A stretch of 61,992 nucleotides of DNA, counting the filler, from Candidatus Zapsychrus exili (GTDB lineage: Bacteria; Omnitrophota; Gorgyraeia; Zapsychrales; Zapsychraceae), in the NCBI GenBank assembly GCA_030765585.1. It is 6 parts of 6 records of this genome, joined end to end, with 100 filler letters (N's around TTAATTAATTAA, not from the genome) between each part and the next. Parts side by side here need not be neighbours in the genome. Positions count along the whole stretch, not along the records: positions 59,318 to 61,992 come from JAVCCJ010000024.1; 5 more parts are not named here. One strand, given 5' to 3'. The translations under genes and the position numbers were made by a program. This document shows, one piece after another, positions 59,440 to 61,992 of this stretch (positions are counted from its first letter, which is position 1; each line of letters starts with the position of its first letter). The notes under the pieces were generated by a model. The model saw only the letters and a list, made by a program, of their open reading frames with translations. It was not told the origin of the DNA and made no database searches.

Positions 59440-59682
59440 ATGAGTGAAGAATCGAGAAGATGGTGCCCTATTCATAATATAGAGATGAGGCGTGCAAAAG
59501 TAACATGGTGGGAAGATGCTTTGCAAGGGGTTCACGGAGAAGGCGTTATGGTTGACGGAGCCTTGATTACACATACCTATATTTGCAGAGAATGCATGAG
59601 CAATCAAAATGTTAAAAAAGACGGCAAGTGTGTAAGACCTGCGGATGCAGAGTTAGATAGAACGGAAGAAAACAATGGCTAA
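59440..59682 (+). CDS. Small putative Zn-binding protein
   Basis: CPIH...CREC; overlaps the next start. Confidence 0.5.
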   Translation: MSEESRRWCPIHNIEMRRAKVTWWEDALQGVHGEGVMVDGALITHTYICRECMSNQNVKKDGKCVRPADAELDRTEENNG

Positions 59683-60148
59683 AGTAATACGAGAATTATT
59701 AAAAGATGAATCCTATATTTTATCTTTCGATTATTCTAAAATGTCTTTTAGCAATAGCAAAGATTTATCAGGACATGAATTGGTTTATAAGTTCAGGGAT
59801 TCTTACATTTATTACTATGAGTCCACTTCTGACGATGCTAAAGTTTTCCATGATATAGATATCACCATTAAAACAAAAAATGACATTCCAGTAAAAGTTG
59901 AAACTGTAGAATTGAAAAGATTAAAAACGTCTAAAAATAATATATTTAATAAGCTTGCGTCTTGCAAGAGTCTTGCTATGGAAAATCTAAAAATAAATGA
60001 CATATTTGCTGTAAACAAGGATATTCTTTTAGTTGAAGGTAAAGGTGATTATTCTGGAGGACCTTATGAAGCTCTTTTTATACCTCATATCCATTATATT
60101 ATAAAGCAAATTCTCCGCCCGTTCTCCGCCACACTTCCGCTTGCCTAA
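59675..60148 (+). CDS. Hypothetical protein
   Basis: 157-aa ORF with no motif recognised. Confidence 0.55.
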   Translation: MAKVIRELLKDESYILSFDYSKMSFSNSKDLSGHELVYKFRDSYIYYYESTSDDAKVFHDIDITIKTKNDIPVKVETVELKRLKTSKNNIFNKLASCKSLAMENLKINDIFAVNKDILLVEGKGDYSGGPYEALFIPHIHYIIKQILRPFSATLPLA

Positions 60149-60176
60149 ATCGTCTCGAAAGAGTATAATATACTCA

Positions 60177-60917
60177 ATGAGCAAAGTTAAAGATGCATAC
60201 AAAGATTATTACAAGGAATTAAAGACTGCCATCGGAGGCACTGAGCGGTTTTTTTGGTATAGCGACATTCTAATAGGGCAGATAAAAAATAAAGTTATTT
60301 TGGACATAGGATGCGGGGAAGGAAGTTTTTTAAAGATACTAAAAGATAGAAAAAATAAAGTCTTTGGCGTTGACTTATCTGGAACAGGCTTAAATGCTTG
60401 TAAGGAGAAGGGAATTGAATGTGCTTTAATAGACATCAGCACAGAAGACTTGCCCTATGATGACAATACATTCGATATTGTATTTTTACTTGCAACAATA
60501 GAACATCTTGAAAACCCCTGCCATGCGCTTTTTGAGATAAAAAGAGTATTAAAAGAAAACGGTCTTTTCATTGTAAGCATTCCCAATCCCAAGAGTCTGC
60601 ATCCTTATATATACCCAGGACTGTTTAGTGTTAAGAGCTTCAAGGATTTCTTAGGCTTGACTTCTTTTGAGATTTTAAAGGTTAAAGGGTTAGGCCAGGC
60701 CATAATGCTGAATAGGTTTATCAGGTGGCTAAAGAAGAAGGATCTGCCCTATTTGGCAAATCTTATATATTTCATAGGGAGAAAGAGAAATCTTTTAATG
60801 CGTAAGCATCTTGGCACACCATTAAATTGTTCATTTATGTATGTTTTTGTATGCCTTAATCATAAAAAATCTAAGACATTAGTAGAGGAAGTAGCCGAAG
60901 AAACCACCCCAAAGTAA
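60177..60917 (+). CDS. Class I SAM-dependent methyltransferase
   Basis: ILDIGCGEG, GVDLS, LPYDDNTFD, IEHL, RVLKENG; ATG 60177 preferred because the track's TTG start coincides with a -35 box. Confidence 0.9.
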   Translation: MSKVKDAYKDYYKELKTAIGGTERFFWYSDILIGQIKNKVILDIGCGEGSFLKILKDRKNKVFGVDLSGTGLNACKEKGIECALIDISTEDLPYDDNTFDIVFLLATIEHLENPCHALFEIKRVLKENGLFIVSIPNPKSLHPYIYPGLFSVKSFKDFLGLTSFEILKVKGLGQAIMLNRFIRWLKKKDLPYLANLIYFIGRKRNLLMRKHLGTPLNCSFMYVFVCLNHKKSKTLVEEVAEETTPK

Positions 60918-61177
60918 TAGTAGCCTGATTTTGTTCGACATCATTTCCCTTGCCATAAATACCTATATATAATACCCTAAAAGTTCCTTGTACCGTATTT
61001 GCTGGATGTCAACTATTATTTCCTACCGGTAATTATAATTGTCGCTCATCACGTATTGGAAACTCCTCACCAATTTGTCCCAGAATCACGCTTCAAAGTG
61101 TCCCTAATGCCTCACAGTCATAATTATATGACCCCCAGTCTATGGCCTATTATAAGGCAATGTAGTATCATCATAAT

Positions 61178-61360
61178 ATGCCAGACAACCTCACAGAAAC
61201 CCTATCCTTCAAGATAACAAGAAAGAGGAAGCTTGAGCTTATAAAGATAGCCAAGGACTTGAATATACCCATATCAAGGGCTTGTAGGGCTGCTATAGGC
61301 AATTTCATAGCTTGGCGCAAGAGACATGGGGGAGGCTATCACCTACAGAAAAAGAGATAG
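61178..61360 (+). CDS. Small basic protein, possibly ribbon-helix-helix
   Basis: TLSFKIT...LIKIAKDLNIPISRACRAAI. Confidence 0.5.
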   Translation: MPDNLTETLSFKITRKRKLELIKIAKDLNIPISRACRAAIGNFIAWRKRHGGGYHLQKKR

Positions 61361-61444
61361 ACTATATAAGCCCAGAAGAGTATCATATATATACTAACCA
61401 CAAAGGCGTGGCATATGAGAAAAGATTTAGTATATTTATAATAT

Positions 61445-61478
61445 AAGCCAATCTTAAGTTAGCATAGGTTGGCTTTTT
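61445..61478 (+). terminator. Intrinsic terminator-like hairpin
   Basis: AAGCCAATCT...AGGTTGGCTTTTT. Confidence 0.6.
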
Positions 61479-61504
61479 GTTTATTGACCAGAAAGGGGAT
61501 TTAT

Positions 61505-61992
61505 ATGAAATGCGCTGTTCATTCTGAAAGAGAAGCTATAGGAGCTTGCGTAGAATGTGGCCTTGGTTTTTGTGATGAATGCAGAGTTTCCATGGATAAT
61601 AAAAATTATTGCAAAAAATGTGTAGACAAAGTAGCAAAGAAAGGCAATCTTGCAAACAGAAACCCTATTGTTGCTGCCTTATTGAGTTTTATTATTCCTG
61701 GTACAGGTCAGATATACAATGGTCAGATTGGAAAAGGTTTTTTGGTGTTTTTTACTAGTTGGTTAATATTGCCCTGGATCTATGGGGTTTTTGATGCTTA
61801 TAGTGTTGCAAATAAGATAAATAAGGGTGAAATAGCTATTAAGACTTCTTCGGGTTGCCTGCCTGTTTTTTTATTTATAATAACAGTTCCTGTATGTGTT
61901 TCTATAGTTAGCTTATTAGCTGCAATAGCAATTCCTAATTTACTACGAGCTAGGCATAACGCCAATGAAGCAGGAGCTATAGCTGCATTGAG
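61505..61992 (+). CDS. B-box-like Zn finger + TM2 domain + pilin-like helix fusion, runs off the window
   Basis: Manual translation MKCAVH...CVECGLGFCDEC...YCKKC; NPIVAALLSFIIPGTGQIYNGQIGKG; SLLAAIAIPNLLRARHNANEAGAIAAL. Confidence 0.85.
   Translation, partial: MKCAVHSEREAIGACVECGLGFCDECRVSMDNKNYCKKCVDKVAKKGNLANRNPIVAALLSFIIPGTGQIYNGQIGKGFLVFFTSWLILPWIYGVFDAYSVANKINKGEIAIKTSSGCLPVFLFIITVPVCVSIVSLLAAIAIPNLLRARHNANEAGAIAAL

Overview
The window is not one locus. It is six contigs joined by artificial 100-nt N/TTAATTAATTAA linkers (29766-29865, 43664-43763, 47659-47758, 52694-52793, 59218-59317), so gene adjacency means something only within a contig. Contig 1 (1-29765) is AT-rich housekeeping DNA of a PVC-superphylum bacterium, probably Omnitrophota (inferred from the PVC small basic protein and gene content). 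It carries dnaE, guaA/guaB, groESL with two CIRCE sites, coaX, uvrB, PilZ and ExeA/GspB genes, aroB, dgt, thiE, rfaE2, gmhA, pfkA and accC/accB. Contig 2 (29866-43663) is the most unusual. It holds two divergent REP-associated tyrosine transposases (RAYTs) that share a conserved structured 5' leader, and at least four families of short palindromic repeats. These repeats sit in frame inside surE, a HAD phosphatase, an orphan S74 chaperone domain and one RAYT itself, supply stop codons, and nest inside one another. The contig also has a GNVGIGTT-repeat fibre gene, a four-helix-bundle plus Zn-ribbon/PD-(D/E)xK gene pair, and a giant coiled-coil gene. Contig 3 is an integrative element (repressor, excisionase, tyrosine integrase) on the 5' side of tRNA-Ser(GCT). 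It carries a palindromic dif-like site and a PBECR-like nuclease gene next to a candidate pseudoknotted RNA. Contig 4 is a defence island (type I R-M, HTH, TIR-like protein, serine recombinase). Contig 5 looks like Babeliota/TM6 DNA and may be bin contamination. Contig 6 has hypotheticals, a methyltransferase and a B-box/TM2/pilin-like fusion. All calls come from motif recognition by eye; no searches were run.
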